A stretch of 63,988 nucleotides of DNA, counting the filler, from Circinaria calcarea (Eukaryota), in the NCBI GenBank assembly GCA_051942165.1. It is 6 parts of 6 records of this genome, joined end to end, with 100 filler letters (N's around TTAATTAATTAA, not from the genome) between each part and the next. Parts side by side here need not be neighbours in the genome. Positions count along the whole stretch, not along the records: positions 32,665 to 43,441 come from JAVECS010000762.1; positions 43,542 to 54,312 come from JAVECS010000763.1; 4 more parts are not named here. One strand, given 5' to 3'. Both the position numbers and the translations under genes were made by a program. Each line of letters begins with the position of its first letter. Position 1 is the stretch's first letter. The notes under the pieces are model-generated. The model did no database searches, was not told the origin of the DNA, and saw only the letters and a list, made by a program, of their open reading frames with translations. Shown piece after piece: positions 35,690 through 48,323 of this stretch.

Positions 35690-36722
35690 TCAAGTTTTGA
35701 TGAGGTAAGTCCTCCAAGCTTCTAGGAGCACTGCTAATTACATCAACCAAGGTTATGAAGGCTGAGTTCCGACGAGTCATCCCGTTTTGCCGTTTCGAAG
35801 ACCTGCATCTTCATAGTCGATACCGGGCAATAACAGAAGAAGTCCTTGGCCTTCTGCTTGTTCGTCTTACCTATCCGCCTCGTCTCGTCTCTCTCTGCCA
35901 CCCTTTCGGCCGTAAACCCTCGTGGCTCTTGACGGTGTTTGTCAACGCCATCTTACACCTCCATAACCGTTGGAAGCACTCCCTCGCGTAGGATCGGACT
36001 GGTTAGACCTCGCCCGGCTCTGAAGCTTCACTCAGGCGATCAACGAAGGAAGAGGAGACAACAAATACTGTGGATACATCGATGAAAGACGCCGACAAAT
36101 GACCAGGCATACGGCATTGGTTCAGTTGGCACAAACACTATCGTTGCTTTGGGATACAGGTTATTAGGTCACGCCTGATGGGATGACCTCGTTATTAATG
36201 AGGCCTGTGGTAGGTAATAGACACGACCAGGCGCTACTACAGATGTTCGAGGTGAAGCCTCATCTCCGAGAGGTAAGTCTTCCTAACAGGTTTAGAGTAG
36301 CTAACTTATCTTAGATCTTAAAAGCTTTACTATGGAACAACGCCTGTTCCTCACGGCGACAAAGGATACGAAGCCGGCGTCGTCGGCGCCTTCAAGCCGA
36401 CTTAAGATAGTGTCGAACCTACCGAAAAGAGACGGCCTATAATTCCGCGATGTCTGCCTTCCGCGTTGTTGTTGAATATGGCTTTGGAAGAGTCGCAAAC
36501 ACGTGGGCCTTCAACGATATAATGCCTCAAATGCGTTCAGGTAAGTCTTACCTCTTTACGCACACTAGCACTGCTCACCCATCTCCAGGTGCCTTATCGC
36601 TTGCGGTGTACTATGTGGGTTGTGCTACTCTAACGAATATATAAAACTGCATCAACCTAAACGCGACATCCCAACGCTTCCAGTATAGTCCTCCGTCTCT
36701 CGAGAAGTACCTAAGTCGTCTG
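35690..36722 (+). mobile_element. Degenerate PIF/Harbinger-type (DDE_Tnp_4) transposase
   Basis: Fragments EE.L.LLL.RL.YP.RL....FGR..SWL, GDKGY, MSAFRVVVEYGFGRV...WAF.D, YY....LTNI..C...N.TSQRF..SPPSLEKYL, interrupted by stops and frameshifts. Confidence 0.75.
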
Positions 36723-38189
36723 AACGCAGGTTTAGGCTGTTGGGTGAGTCTCCCCTTCCTTCTCGTCCTCCTCCCAATTGCTTTATCCCATTTGCGAGCT
36801 AATGCTAACATCTCTGACATATCTTGACGCACACACGCCACCTCCCTCCAATTTCGACGTTCTCCTTATCCACAACAAATACACGCGATATGGCGTCAAT
36901 AAAGTTTGGCTCGTCCCCCGTTATTGCGGTGCTCCCTGAAGTTGCTCATGCTCCCGAAACTGCTGGTGGTGTTAGGAACTGGGTGGTTAAGAGTTAAATT
37001 GGTGAGCTAGAACTAGGTATTGAATACAAGAACGTGGCACGAAGAAGGGAAAAAAAAGCTCGGTGGGCTTCACAGATATGCACTTCAAACCCCTGGCCCA
37101 TGGGAAGATTTTGCCTAGATGGAGGGACTACGCGTGGTAGGGGAGCGCACGTGACAAGAAAGCGAGGACGGAATAATAAAGGTCTTCCCGCCCCTATCTA
37201 TAGTAGTTCCCCTTAGCTTTTGTTTTCGAAACAAGAACACCCAAACTTCCAGCTTGTGTCCCACTCTTACCACAATCTATTTAGTTGGTTTCAGCTATGA
37301 TGGCCATACTACTGGGCCACAAAAGGATTACGCACGATAATATCGAATCCCATCGATATTCGCACATAGTGATATATATTCATCAACCAGCGCAGCCCGC
37401 GGCGAGCACATGTGATGCGCCACCACACCAGCTCAGCCATCCAACACTAGGTATAGGGGCCTAGATCGTGACACTACCGCAGTCGACGTTAAGCAGGCAC
37501 ATAGAGCTGATTGAGCACACCCAGCAAAGAGTTCAAATGGTTGTGTTTAGTTATTTATTCTTGGTTAGTAGCGCATTTTGCACTGGTTCAGCAAAGCAGT
37601 CACAGTTGGTTTCCTAGTTTAGTTCAATCTAGTTTGAACACCTAATTATAAACTGCTGCACTAGTTCAAACTGAACTACTGGGCAGACTGATCCCAGTTG
37701 CTAGACTTGCGGAGACGTAACACGCTCATTGTTAGAACATAGTCAACGCGCTGCTTGCCCATTGATGTGTCACGGCGGGCTCGCGGCTATGATAAGGGGG
37801 ACGGTGGACTCGTGGAGACGTGAGCTATAATTTGACTATGACTATGACTTGGATCGACAACGACGTAACGCAAAAAGGAGAAAACAGAGTCTGAAGCAAG
37901 AACTCGGGGTTAGATCTCAGGGGCGCGCCAAGTCGCGCTAGGCCCGGAGTCTCAACCGGCTTGCTCCATTACAATAGCAACAACTTTAACAACGCCAACC
38001 TCCTCCCCCTGTTTTTTCCCGAGCTCGTTGGCGTCATTATCCTGCTTTTCCTTATTATCTTCCTATCTAAATCATATTAGTCATAATAGGCTACTGATAA
38101 GCACAGCAATCTCTCAAACAGGCCCTCCACATCACACTGCTATTAATCTCCTCGCAAACATGCTGCGGAACAGGTCAAGGCAGGTCAGA

Positions 38190-39866
38190 TTAAATATAGA
38201 TCAGACCTTGAGCCAGTAGCATCGCCCAAAGACTAAAAGTTGCGCTCAGCCAAAATGGTAACCCCACAGCGACCCCACCCAGTCTGAGTGACACGATCAG
38301 CACGTTCGCCCACATTTGACCGTCTATTATGCGCGCCATAGACTCTACCATGGCTATAACGGCATAGAGTTCGGCAACTTGATTTGCCGAGGTGAAGCTA
38401 GTCATGAGCGATTTGAAAGTATTATACGTGCCTGCGCTAAGTGCTTGAACGCCGGCCGACACTAGAAAGAGTGTTTTGTTTGGCGAAAGGCCCATGGCAA
38501 GGGTCCCAGCCACTCGTAGTGACAAGCTAAGCTGCAGCAGGCGGATCTCCATCTTGCGGGTCGATCCGAGCTTGGTAAGAAGGTACGAAGAAAGCAGGGG
38601 AAGACCGGCCAGCACGCACATACAGACAAGGGTCATGTACGCATTTATGTATGCGGCAGCAGAAAAATTCCAGTCATATCGCTTAATAGTCCATTGGGTC
38701 TGGATGAGCTGGACATCAAGGCCGACGATCTTAATGGCACATATCAAAAAGCTGAGTCGAAAGACCGCACGCCCAAGGTATTCCTTATATGCCGAGACCA
38801 AGATACGCTTGCAGTATTTGACCATCGACATTTTGTCATCGGAGCGATCGTCGATTAATCGCTCGGTGGTATTAGGCTCGGTCGGAGTCTCCGATCCTAT
38901 ACCTTCTGCGCTCAGGGCTGCAGTTGAGATGGCGACGTCCTGCTTTAACTTAACCCTAGTCGCAGCGCTCGAGGAAAGCAGGAGAATCGGAACATTGAGA
39001 GCGTAGACCAAAACGGTCAAGGGACCCAGTGCATAGGGAATTTTTTTTAAGAGAGTCCCGCAGAGGCCCATGGCACCAGCGCGAGCTAGAAGGATGATTG
39101 CTTCCATGGTATAGAACACAGAAGCGCTGTTATATTCAGTAGATGTGGCAGGCAGCCGCGTGCAACTCGACATGATGCTTGTACTGACCGCGTTTCCTTG
39201 GGCACTGCATCAGCCAGAAGAGCGTATAAGAGGATGTAGGCAACAGTGATGCCTCCTCCCATAAATTCAAATAGGCGAGCGAAAATGATCAGTTCCACAC
39301 TAAGTTTGCCAACGTTATAGCCTGGTAAGAGGAGCGTGTCAGAATGTAGAAGCGGATAGAAAGGATTTTGAGGGCAATCTCACAGATAGAAAAAAATAAC
39401 AGCATAGATAGCACTGTGGTCGTGAAACCAACCAGAAGAACTGTGCGCTTATTTATGCCATCCGCCAGCCAGGCGTATGGTAGCGTAACAATCAACCCTA
39501 CTTCCGTTATATAGGTCCGATATGGACAGAATCCATTAGATTGCTCATCTACCTTGCACGGCTGATAGAGACTCCAGCCAGCCCTTCAGGCTAGCAAGAC
39601 GTGTCTGAACTTCGACGGATCTGCACAGATCTGGTTCTGTGTACGGCGACGTCATGGTTTGATGGTCCAAGAAGAGATACTCTCTGCAGATGGCATCCTC
39701 TAAGGTTGGGAACAAGAGCTGACTCATACATTGTCATGCCGATGGTGACCGTGACTAATAAGACGGCAGTGGTGCCTTCCCGGATGGTCTGAAGCTGCAT
39801 GAGTGCTGAGACATCGAGACCTCCACTGAAAGGCACACAGACCTGATTCAATGCTGACTGAGTCAT
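38190..39866 (-). CDS. MFS transporter (efflux-pump type, multi-exon; possible frameshift near 39707)
   Basis: LEDAICREY...C.S.EVQ..LA.L.GW, PY.WLAD...KR.VL, GGG.......LLAD, and many TM helices through to GLPF. The start codon is uncertain (39866 or 39912). Confidence 0.75.
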
Positions 39867-41233
39867 CTTTGGGTAGTATAGAGTCGCAGAGCAGCAGAGC
39901 GCAATAAAACATGGAGCATCAAATAAAGCAGAAAAGCATAGTGGCAGGAGCTATATATAGACTGTATAAGGCGGGATTCGGGTGCCTAATAGAGTTCGAG
40001 AAGCGTTTTTATTTGAGGTTGAAAATGCAAGATTCTCCACCCGTCTAGGTATAAGGTTGCGCCAAGGAGTGTGGCATTTTGAAAGAATTTATTACTGTGG
40101 CATGAATCGAGATTAGTGCAACATCGAAGATTTTTCGAATTTTTTTTCTATTATAGTAATTACTATGGCAGCAGCGACAGCGCATGTAATTAAATAGGTA
40201 GCTTGAAATAATACTATGTTATGGCGCTACACCATAAGTAAGCACTAGACTCCGTTGGGGACTAGTGGGAGGTTCTCGCTTAACTGGAGCAGAGTGAGCA
40301 GAGTCGCCAAGACTGTGCTCAGGGTGTTCCCACTGAGCAGGCTGAGCAGGGTGAGCAGAACGGTGCTCCGGGTGCTCAGGGCATTATATATAGCAAGCTA
40401 TTCCGCTCTTTAGAATAATATGCTTATAGAACCATAACGAGTTCAATACACTCCTTTTATATTGAGTCTAAGGCAACAGTTCAACTACACCCTATGTAAC
40501 CGTGCTATCACCAATGGGGACTGGTCATATTCCTCAATCAGCCCCAAGGATTGCAGCGCCCTTACAACCACCTTGCCCTAGCCTATGGTGCATTGTTGAA
40601 TTTGATGATTAGGCGGACCTGTCAACTATGAATCCGGACTCGCATGGTTTAGATTCTCTCCCGCCCCGGGTCGAATACCCCTATCCTATCAATGACGCCG
40701 AGATTTCAAAAGAAAAAGATTTTGGCTTGAAAATGACCAGATGAATAACGACGAACCCTTGAAGGTGGAGACTGGACGACCGAGTGGGTTGAGTTATGAC
40801 GATCCCCCAAATGGAGGACTTCGCGCGTCGGCCAAGTACGGCTTTGAAAGTGCACGGTGATGAAACTTATCCGGTTCTCAAGCATGTGACCTGGCATTTG
40901 AACATGTTCTTGTATAGATATGAAGTCCGTCAGCGGCTTTTCCTGATCCGTATATGGTAAGCTTTGGCTGGACGGTGAGAGATTGCCATAGAACGAGTTT
41001 ATGAGAAATGGAGAGTTAACGATGATCGTGCGGATTGTTAGGAGATGAGAGCTGATGAGTGGTGGGAAACAGATAAGTAAAAGTATCATTCTTAGGACTT
41101 GGGAAATCCTCTCCAAGCTGTAGATGCCAACAGTCTGTGAAACCATATTGTGGGTAAGTCAGGAGATACCCACACGTATTTCGATAAAAGGTATGATCGT
41201 GATGGTTTGGTGGCGTTCGTGAACAAGCATCTC

Positions 41234-43358
41234 CTAACATTTGAGACATTTGACCAATTCAATAAACATCGGATGTGTGGTGGTTAGAGTCTCATCGAGG
41301 CTCGTGCCGTCCAGAGTCTCCTCTCCTGGGAAAGGCGCAGGATGTTCCAGTTTGCCTTGCTTACGGAGGAGGAGATTGAAAACCCTTTTGCACAAAAGAT
41401 GCTGGTGGACATTGACAAAGAAGGATAAGTCCAGGATAGGACTCCCAAGCTCATTCATTACCAAGCGTTGTAACCAGCATTCGGCCTCGTTAAACCGTTG
41501 TTGCTTAACATAGGACCATACTAGTGTGAGTATGAAATAGTCGTCCAGATGCCCCAGACCCCACAGACTCAGTTGTTTGAAGTTTTCATTCAAAACATGA
41601 TCCATTCGGGCAAGAATCCCCGATAGCTCCTCGAACTTGCCCATCTTCTCATACCGGCATCGAAGGAGCTCCAGTAACAGGAGCGTAGTGTTTATATCCT
41701 TGGAGCGAAACTCGATTTTTCCAAGTACGTCAAGGGACAAGGTCTCGCCAGATTCATCTACGGACAAGCCATCTGTATGTGCTAGGAGTAACATCCTCTC
41801 CAATCTAGCAACGCGTATATTATCCGGACCACATAAGGCGATGGCTTGGGTGATGATTGGGATCACCAGGCGTTCGAGACTGCAGAACTTGGATTGCGCC
41901 ACATAAGCTCGAGCAAGGATTGTTGAGATCCAAGATAGATGAGTTAGAGTTTCCTGATAGGCGGAGCCGCCTTCCTTCCGTAGGCTCATCAGGAGATGGT
42001 CAAGAATTACTTCCACACTGTTATATTCACCCCGTGCTGCGACACAGCTGACAAGACAGAAGAATCTTGATAGGGTAAGAGGGTGGGAGGCGCCGCTCCG
42101 AGTATTCGAGCTAGTCATTAATTTCAACAAAACTTCTTGGGCATGCTCGTAATCCCTACAGCAAAAGGAAGTCCCTAATTCCCGAAAATCTTCAAAATCC
42201 TTGTTTAGCTCCGTGGCGTAGCAGCTCCTAGCTGCATGCCATCCCAAGTCAACACTTAGCTCCTTACACACATAACGGGTGAGTAGTCCACGGAACAAAG
42301 CCACGTCACTGTTCCCGCTCAAGACCTTTAGCATATCTGATGTCTCCAGGAGACTTGGTGAACTTTCCTGGGATAATGGCAGCCTATCTGGCACAGGTGA
42401 CCTTTGAACCGACTTGTCTCCGGACCGTTGTCTTTTTCTTCTTCCTAGGTCTGTTATATAGTCTTCTAGTTGATCTGGTGTGAAGTAGGTAACTCCTCGG
42501 GGAGTAACTTCAGCAACTTCAATAGATTAGCATAAAAGGCCACAGAACCAATTGCTTGTATACCTACTGCTAAGTTCGGTGACAGTCTTAGTGGACGCCT
42601 TGGTAAGACGCTCGATCTTTGAAGTTGGTACGTCAACTCCTCTCAACTGGAAAGTAGTCTTCTTGCCCTCTCTAACTTCCCGTCTATGTGCCTTCGCTAC
42701 CATCCACACTGCCTGCTGGTATTTGAGATTCTTTGCAACATTCCACTCCTTGAACTTCCCCTTATATGCTTTCTCCCTGCATATACGTTATGTAAACATT
42801 TCTAAGTACGAATAGACCTGTCAATACGTACGATGCATGGAATCCATGCTCAGCTTTCATAATCTGTATAGTATCTGATAACGAATTGTCTTGATAGAGG
42901 CGTTCAATGATATCGCGCTTCTGTTCCCATATTCTAGGATCGATGCGCCGTCGAGGCTGAACCTTTGCATCGCTAACAGGCATGAGATTGTCACCTTGGA
43001 TTTCCGGCGGTGGCAGGATACCTGGGACCCCCATGTCTGTGGAAGCAGATCGAAATTGCCTGCCATCGGTAGAGAAACCTAGAGGTACCGAAAGCTGGTC
43101 GTGCTCAACTGGGTTCGAGTAAAAGCTCACTGAAGACGATTGAGGCGCTGAAGAATTAGACAAGGGCATTTCTACAGCCTGCGCCGATGCGATTGGCTCT
43201 TCTTGGTCAATAGGGAATTGTAAAAACTCGTCCAGTGAAGTGTCCATCATATCGGGATTATTGAAAGCCGAATAGACCCAATAGACAGCATCGATTGCTT
43301 CAAGCCCAGTGGGGTCCTGTTCAGCAGGACCTAGCCCGGTGCAATGGGTTGACGCCAT
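41234..43358 (-). CDS. Clr5-domain protein with C-terminal helical/TPR-like region
   Basis: WEQKRDIIERLY....L...IQIMK.EHGF.AS|..Y..KFKEW.V.KN (Clr5 motif), then R....GK.T.F..RG. The downstream exon has G..HP.TL-type repeats. Confidence 0.8.
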
Positions 43359-43441
43359 GGCGGTACAAGTCGTACCAATGTAGGATGCTGGTATACTCGA
43401 TCAAGACCGAGACTCAGCACGAACGTTGGCAGACAATAAGA

Positions 43442-43541
43442 NNNNNNNNNNNNNNNNNNNNNNNNNNNNNNNNNNNNNNNNNNNNTTAATTAATTAANNN
43501 NNNNNNNNNNNNNNNNNNNNNNNNNNNNNNNNNNNNNNNNN
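43442..43541. other. Artificial contig linker
   Basis: N44-TTAATTAATTAA-N44. Confidence 0.98.
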
Positions 43542-44083
43542 GGAGAAAGGAGGTGCATTACAGGGAGGGCCGCTACGTCTTTAACAGGCTGCACGGTATA
43601 ACCGGAATGTATGTATTGATAGAGGCTACTGAAATATTATGTTGATACTAGGGAATACTGTGTGTGTGTAGAGCGTAATGCCTATGTAGAATGTATCGAG
43701 AGTGTGTGGGAGAATACTCGGGGGATCGCTGAGATATGGAGCGAAAGGCGCGCCTAGTTGGCGCTGTTTTCCCCCGTCATTTTCTCCATGCGCTTTACCT
43801 CCATATGTAAAATCCTGTTCCAAAACGGACATCCCTTTTTGGAATCTATTCACCTTTGCTTTGTTGGAAGTCATAGGACTTACCGAGGTATGTGTTGCAT
43901 AGGAGGTCCATGCTCAACACTTCCATACACATCATAAAAGCACTTTCTCGCTGCATAGATAGCTTAGGTAATTACATACTCAGGTAGCAATGCAACCACA
44001 CATTTGCTGCTCAACAATATTCCCTTTCATCAACCGATTACCGATCGCTGGTCTGGTATGGATGATGATTGAAGGACAGCTGA

Positions 44084-44390
44084 TTACTTGCGAACTTGGC
44101 CTTGCTCTTCCTATAACCAAGCCGGCCGAGTTACCTACCTGCCAAAGTGAACGACGAGAACTCGTTGAGTGTGCACGCACCTTGGTGAGCTCTCGCGGAA
44201 CTCTCAGTATCACTTCGTTTGATCGATCCTGCTTATACATGCGTTCGTAGCCGATCGAGCTTGCGTGGTGTGCTTTAGAAACACTTACCAAGACCTCGAT
44301 CTCATAGTTCCCTTCCCCGAACGCCGTCTTCAGTAGGTTGACTAGCTTCGACAAATCAACGTAGCGCGCGTCAAGGACTTGAGGCTCCAT
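44084..44390 (-). CDS. Three-exon microprotein (~58 aa)
   Basis: MEPQVLDARYVDLSKLVNLLKTAFGEGNYEIEVL|DRSNEVILRVPRELTK|EEQGQVRK*, with introns GTAAGT...CAG and GTGCGT...TAG, both in phase 0. Confidence 0.65.
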
Positions 44391-44751
44391 GCTTATGGCT
44401 GGATTGGTAGGTTCCTTTGCTTGTATACGTAAGTTGATCAAGAAGGGTAGTATTGAGAAGTTGAGAACAGGTCATCGAAATTGAAGCCTTAGACGCCACG
44501 TGTAAGCAAGGCTGGGGTACTCCATTACCTAGTTCTCAGATCTGCGTAGGGTGGCGAATAATATCTCCCTGCCAATGGATAGTTCCGGATAGGTTAAGGT
44601 TTTCGAGCTAACAATTATTTCGCTGGATACTGCCTCAGGGCAAGTATAAATCCTCAAAACTTTTCGAGTATTTCTTCCACAACTTTGCCACGTCAAGTAA
44701 CAGTGGCTATCCGGCGTGGTCGATAGAGGCCATGGATCCTTGATCTCGGAG

Positions 44752-47700
44752 ATGGCGTCGCTTCGAGAACGCATTTCTGCGTTACGGATTGCAAATGCTG
44801 ACGGAGTGAATTTTGTGCCCATTAAAGCTCTACTCAATGTCCTCCAGGAAAAAGACATTAAAGGAGTGATAGCGGAGTGTGGTATAAAGATTTATCAGCA
44901 AGACGAAGCCGTCACCGTGATCCGTCGAGGCGGTCGACGGGTTTTCGCCATTCTGAGCATCATTGAGCAGGAGCAACTCATTGTAGAGTTCATGAAATAT
45001 GACAATTTCCTCGACACAGAGCTCGACTCTAAACTCCCGTTTGAGGAAGATACACTAAGGAAGATCATTCCAAATCACTATCGGGGCTTCTATGATGTAC
45101 AATGGGAATTCTCTACTCCGCTATTCAAGTCCAATCTCTATCACCGTAAGCTTCACGATCGCTGCATACTCCCGTTCATAGAGATCAAGGTTCTTGGAGA
45201 AGGTGGATTTGGTGTGGTTTCAAAGGTCTCGTTACCAGCGCTGCATCAGGGGATTTATGAGAAGGAGAGTGACAAGGTGATTAACTGCTCTATTACAGAA
45301 ACTCTACCCAATTTATCTTAACGCTAATCTCCTCTCCTCTCTCTTAAGCTATTCCTTCGTTCTATCTATCTATATTGTATCTTCTCGTTTTCTTTGTTTT
45401 TCAACCCCTTTTGAAACCGCTTTCTCTTTGCGAGTCAGGTTACCTCAATTGTTTTCACCGCTCACATTTTAGTAGGTTGAAATCATCCGCAAGGAACTAA
45501 AATCAAGTGGTACAGAAGAAGAAGGTTTCGAGAATGAGCAGCATGTTCTTTCCCTGCTTCGTTGCTTGCAGCACCCGAACATAATTAAGTTCTACACTGC
45601 CTATACGTTAAAGGCTAGACCAACACTTCTATTCGCTGCAGCCGACTATGATCTCAAATACTTCCTGGACCGACCAAGAACATCGGCGTTTGCAACGGAT
45701 CAAGCCATGTTCCAAGGGCTTTACGGTCTCTCTTCAGCTGTTAAGGTAGTGCATGAATACGTCTCCGAGGAGCATCACCTACGACTGATAGGATGTCACT
45801 ACGATCTTAAGCCGGATAATGTTCTCGTCCACCATAATAAACTTATCCTCGCAGACTTTGGCCTCTCAAGGCTAAAGTCAGAAGATGCAGGATCAGGCTC
45901 AAGATTTAAGGCGGGTGCAGGGGACTACCTGGCTCCTGAATGTCAATCCCTTCAAGATGGGTTTGAGAAATACATGATTGGTCGAGGAAGTGATATTTGG
46001 TCTTTCGGCTGCATCCTGGCGGAAGTGGCAACGCATATGGAATTAGGTCCTCAGGGCGTGGTGGACTTCGCAGAAAAACGTAAAATACAATTTGGTGGAT
46101 TCTTAACTCTTCGTGTTTTTCACGCAGGGATAAACGGTCCAAGCAAACATGTGATTACTTGGCTTGATATGCTCGAAAGCCGCTTTTCGACAAATGAAGC
46201 TAGGAAAGGTTTCCTACACCTTATTCGTGACATGCTTGAGTTTGAAGTCTTAAAGCGACCGAATGCAACAGAGGTCTCAGCGCGTCTCTTCTTCCTTGTA
46301 CAAAGAACAGTATTTGACGCTGCGACTGAGATTTTCAATCAACTCCTCGAAAAAGCCGATTATGAGCTCGCCATAGAATATGAGAGGTTTAAGACATGGA
46401 GTGAAGCGGTCGGTTTGTTGGATGTATCAGGACTCGGACAGAAATCGACCTGGTTTCAGCAAAGGCGCGCTTGTACCCATTTTGATCAGATAGAGGTTTT
46501 GATGCTCGCAATCAGAACTGAACTCTCGATTCAGTGGGATATGGCTCTTCTGGAGCCGTTCGAATCGTTCAACAAGCCAAAATATCATCGACTGCGCACA
46601 CATATAGACGGTCTTTGGAACACACAGTCGCAAGCTACTATCAGAGCTATGTCCGGGCTCCTAGAGTCTCGTTTGCTAAGCGGAGATGACATGAAACTTC
46701 TCACTCAAATCGATGAAGGCCAACATCGGTATCGACGAATTCAGTTACTGGCTTCCATGAAACAAGCCAAAATATCGGTGGATAAATACCGCACTCGTGA
46801 AGTGCAGTTTCTTGTTGACAAAGCTTGCACGAAAGAGAGAGAAATGGACGGGCGGTGGATAGGCTCTATGGAAACCGGAAAGGGTGATAAATCACACGTT
46901 CTAATGGAGAGTCTCGAGTATCATATGAAATGGATAGATAATTTCGATCAGCTTGTAAAGCGCGTGGACGGCCTTGTATCATTACTGAGTCGGCTGGGAA
47001 AGCTTAACTCATTCCCAGTGCTTCCTTGCAAAAGCTTCTGCCACTTTCCAGAACGCTATTCATTCGGCATTCTTTACGAATTACCAACCAGGAATACGAA
47101 AGCGAGTATTCTCACGCTGGCGGATCTGATCAACATTACTCAATTAAGAACAGAGAGACCGCTGTTAGGTGACGTGTTTCGGTTAGCCTACATTCTAGTC
47201 TCCGCCTTATTTGAATTCCATAAGGCGCAGTGGCTTCATAAGAGCATTTCTTCGTTCAATATCCTCTTCTTCCCGGATTCCTTTGACTCACCGGCTGAAT
47301 CCATTCTCTCTCCATATCTGATAGGCTTCCAAGACAGCCGGCTTGGTGACGATGTCACCTTTGGACCTAACCTCGACACGGGGAAGCTGCTAGACTACCA
47401 GCATCCGGAATATCTTAAGGCAGGCCCCGGAACCCCTTTTCGACAAGATTTTGACTACTACAGCGTCGGAATTGTGCTACTGGAGCTTGGCTGCTGGAAG
47501 CTCCTGAGAAACAAGCCCACCTTGTCACCCGCGCAGATCAAGGAACATCTCGTGAAGCACGAAGTGTGGCTCTTGGGATCCTATATGGGCGAGGTTTACC
47601 GAAATGCTGTAATGGCATGCTTAAATAGCGTATGGCCGAACAGTGCACAGGATGCGTCTGCAATGTTCGAGAGGCTGGTCCTGGGTCCGCTTTCGAGGTG

Positions 47701-47773
47701 TATGGAATCACAGTCTCGATCCATGTCGATTAATCCGTTAACGGACGGAGTAGTTGATGCGGAATTTGGGTAG
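44752..47773 (+). CDS. Ser/Thr kinase - HeLo-like domain - C-terminal pseudokinase fusion
   Basis: Intron 45277-45475. Kinase motifs LGEGGFGVV, RKEL, HYDLKPDNVL, ADFG, YLAPE, DIWSFGC. Then EYERFKTWSEAVGLL (HeLo-like). Then a kinase-like domain WLHKSISSFNILFF...PYLIGF..SR...YQHPEY...DYYSVGIVLLELG.W that lacks the catalytic Asp. Confidence 0.85.
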
Positions 47774-48323
47774 GTTTTGGCTGATTTAGACCCCAGAATA
47801 CAAATGTAAGCTTTCTTGGCTGTTCCATCCTCAGATCCTAGGTGGCCAGGCCTTACTTGCGTGAATTATTCAGCGCGCTAAACTACTCGTTAGGCCACCT
47901 AATGGCTCTGGTGTGGTACGGGGATCCACTGAGGCCGCGATTCATCATCGACCTTCAAGGAAGGGTAATCTTAAAGCATCCTATCCGGATAGAACTTGGC
48001 GAAGGGGATAAGATGTGATTGGATGGTTGACAGCACTGAGGTTGCCTGCGGGAAACTTATTCACCACTAAGCAAATAAGGCGATGCACGTATTATTTAGG
48101 GCGTGGCCCCTTGTAGTAGGAGTCATAGTCCCGCTCTGATATCGGGCGCCAGGCTGAACTTAGGGTTGTGCACTGCCAACTTGGTCGCTGCCTAAAAACT
48201 ACCTATAAACTGCCAATATTAGAGCATACTTTACCAACAGATAGTCCGGATTTTTTACAACATAATCTTTTTCCTAATTACCTGGCATTTAGAATCACAC
48301 ATGCACCGTTTCTTCACAGCATA

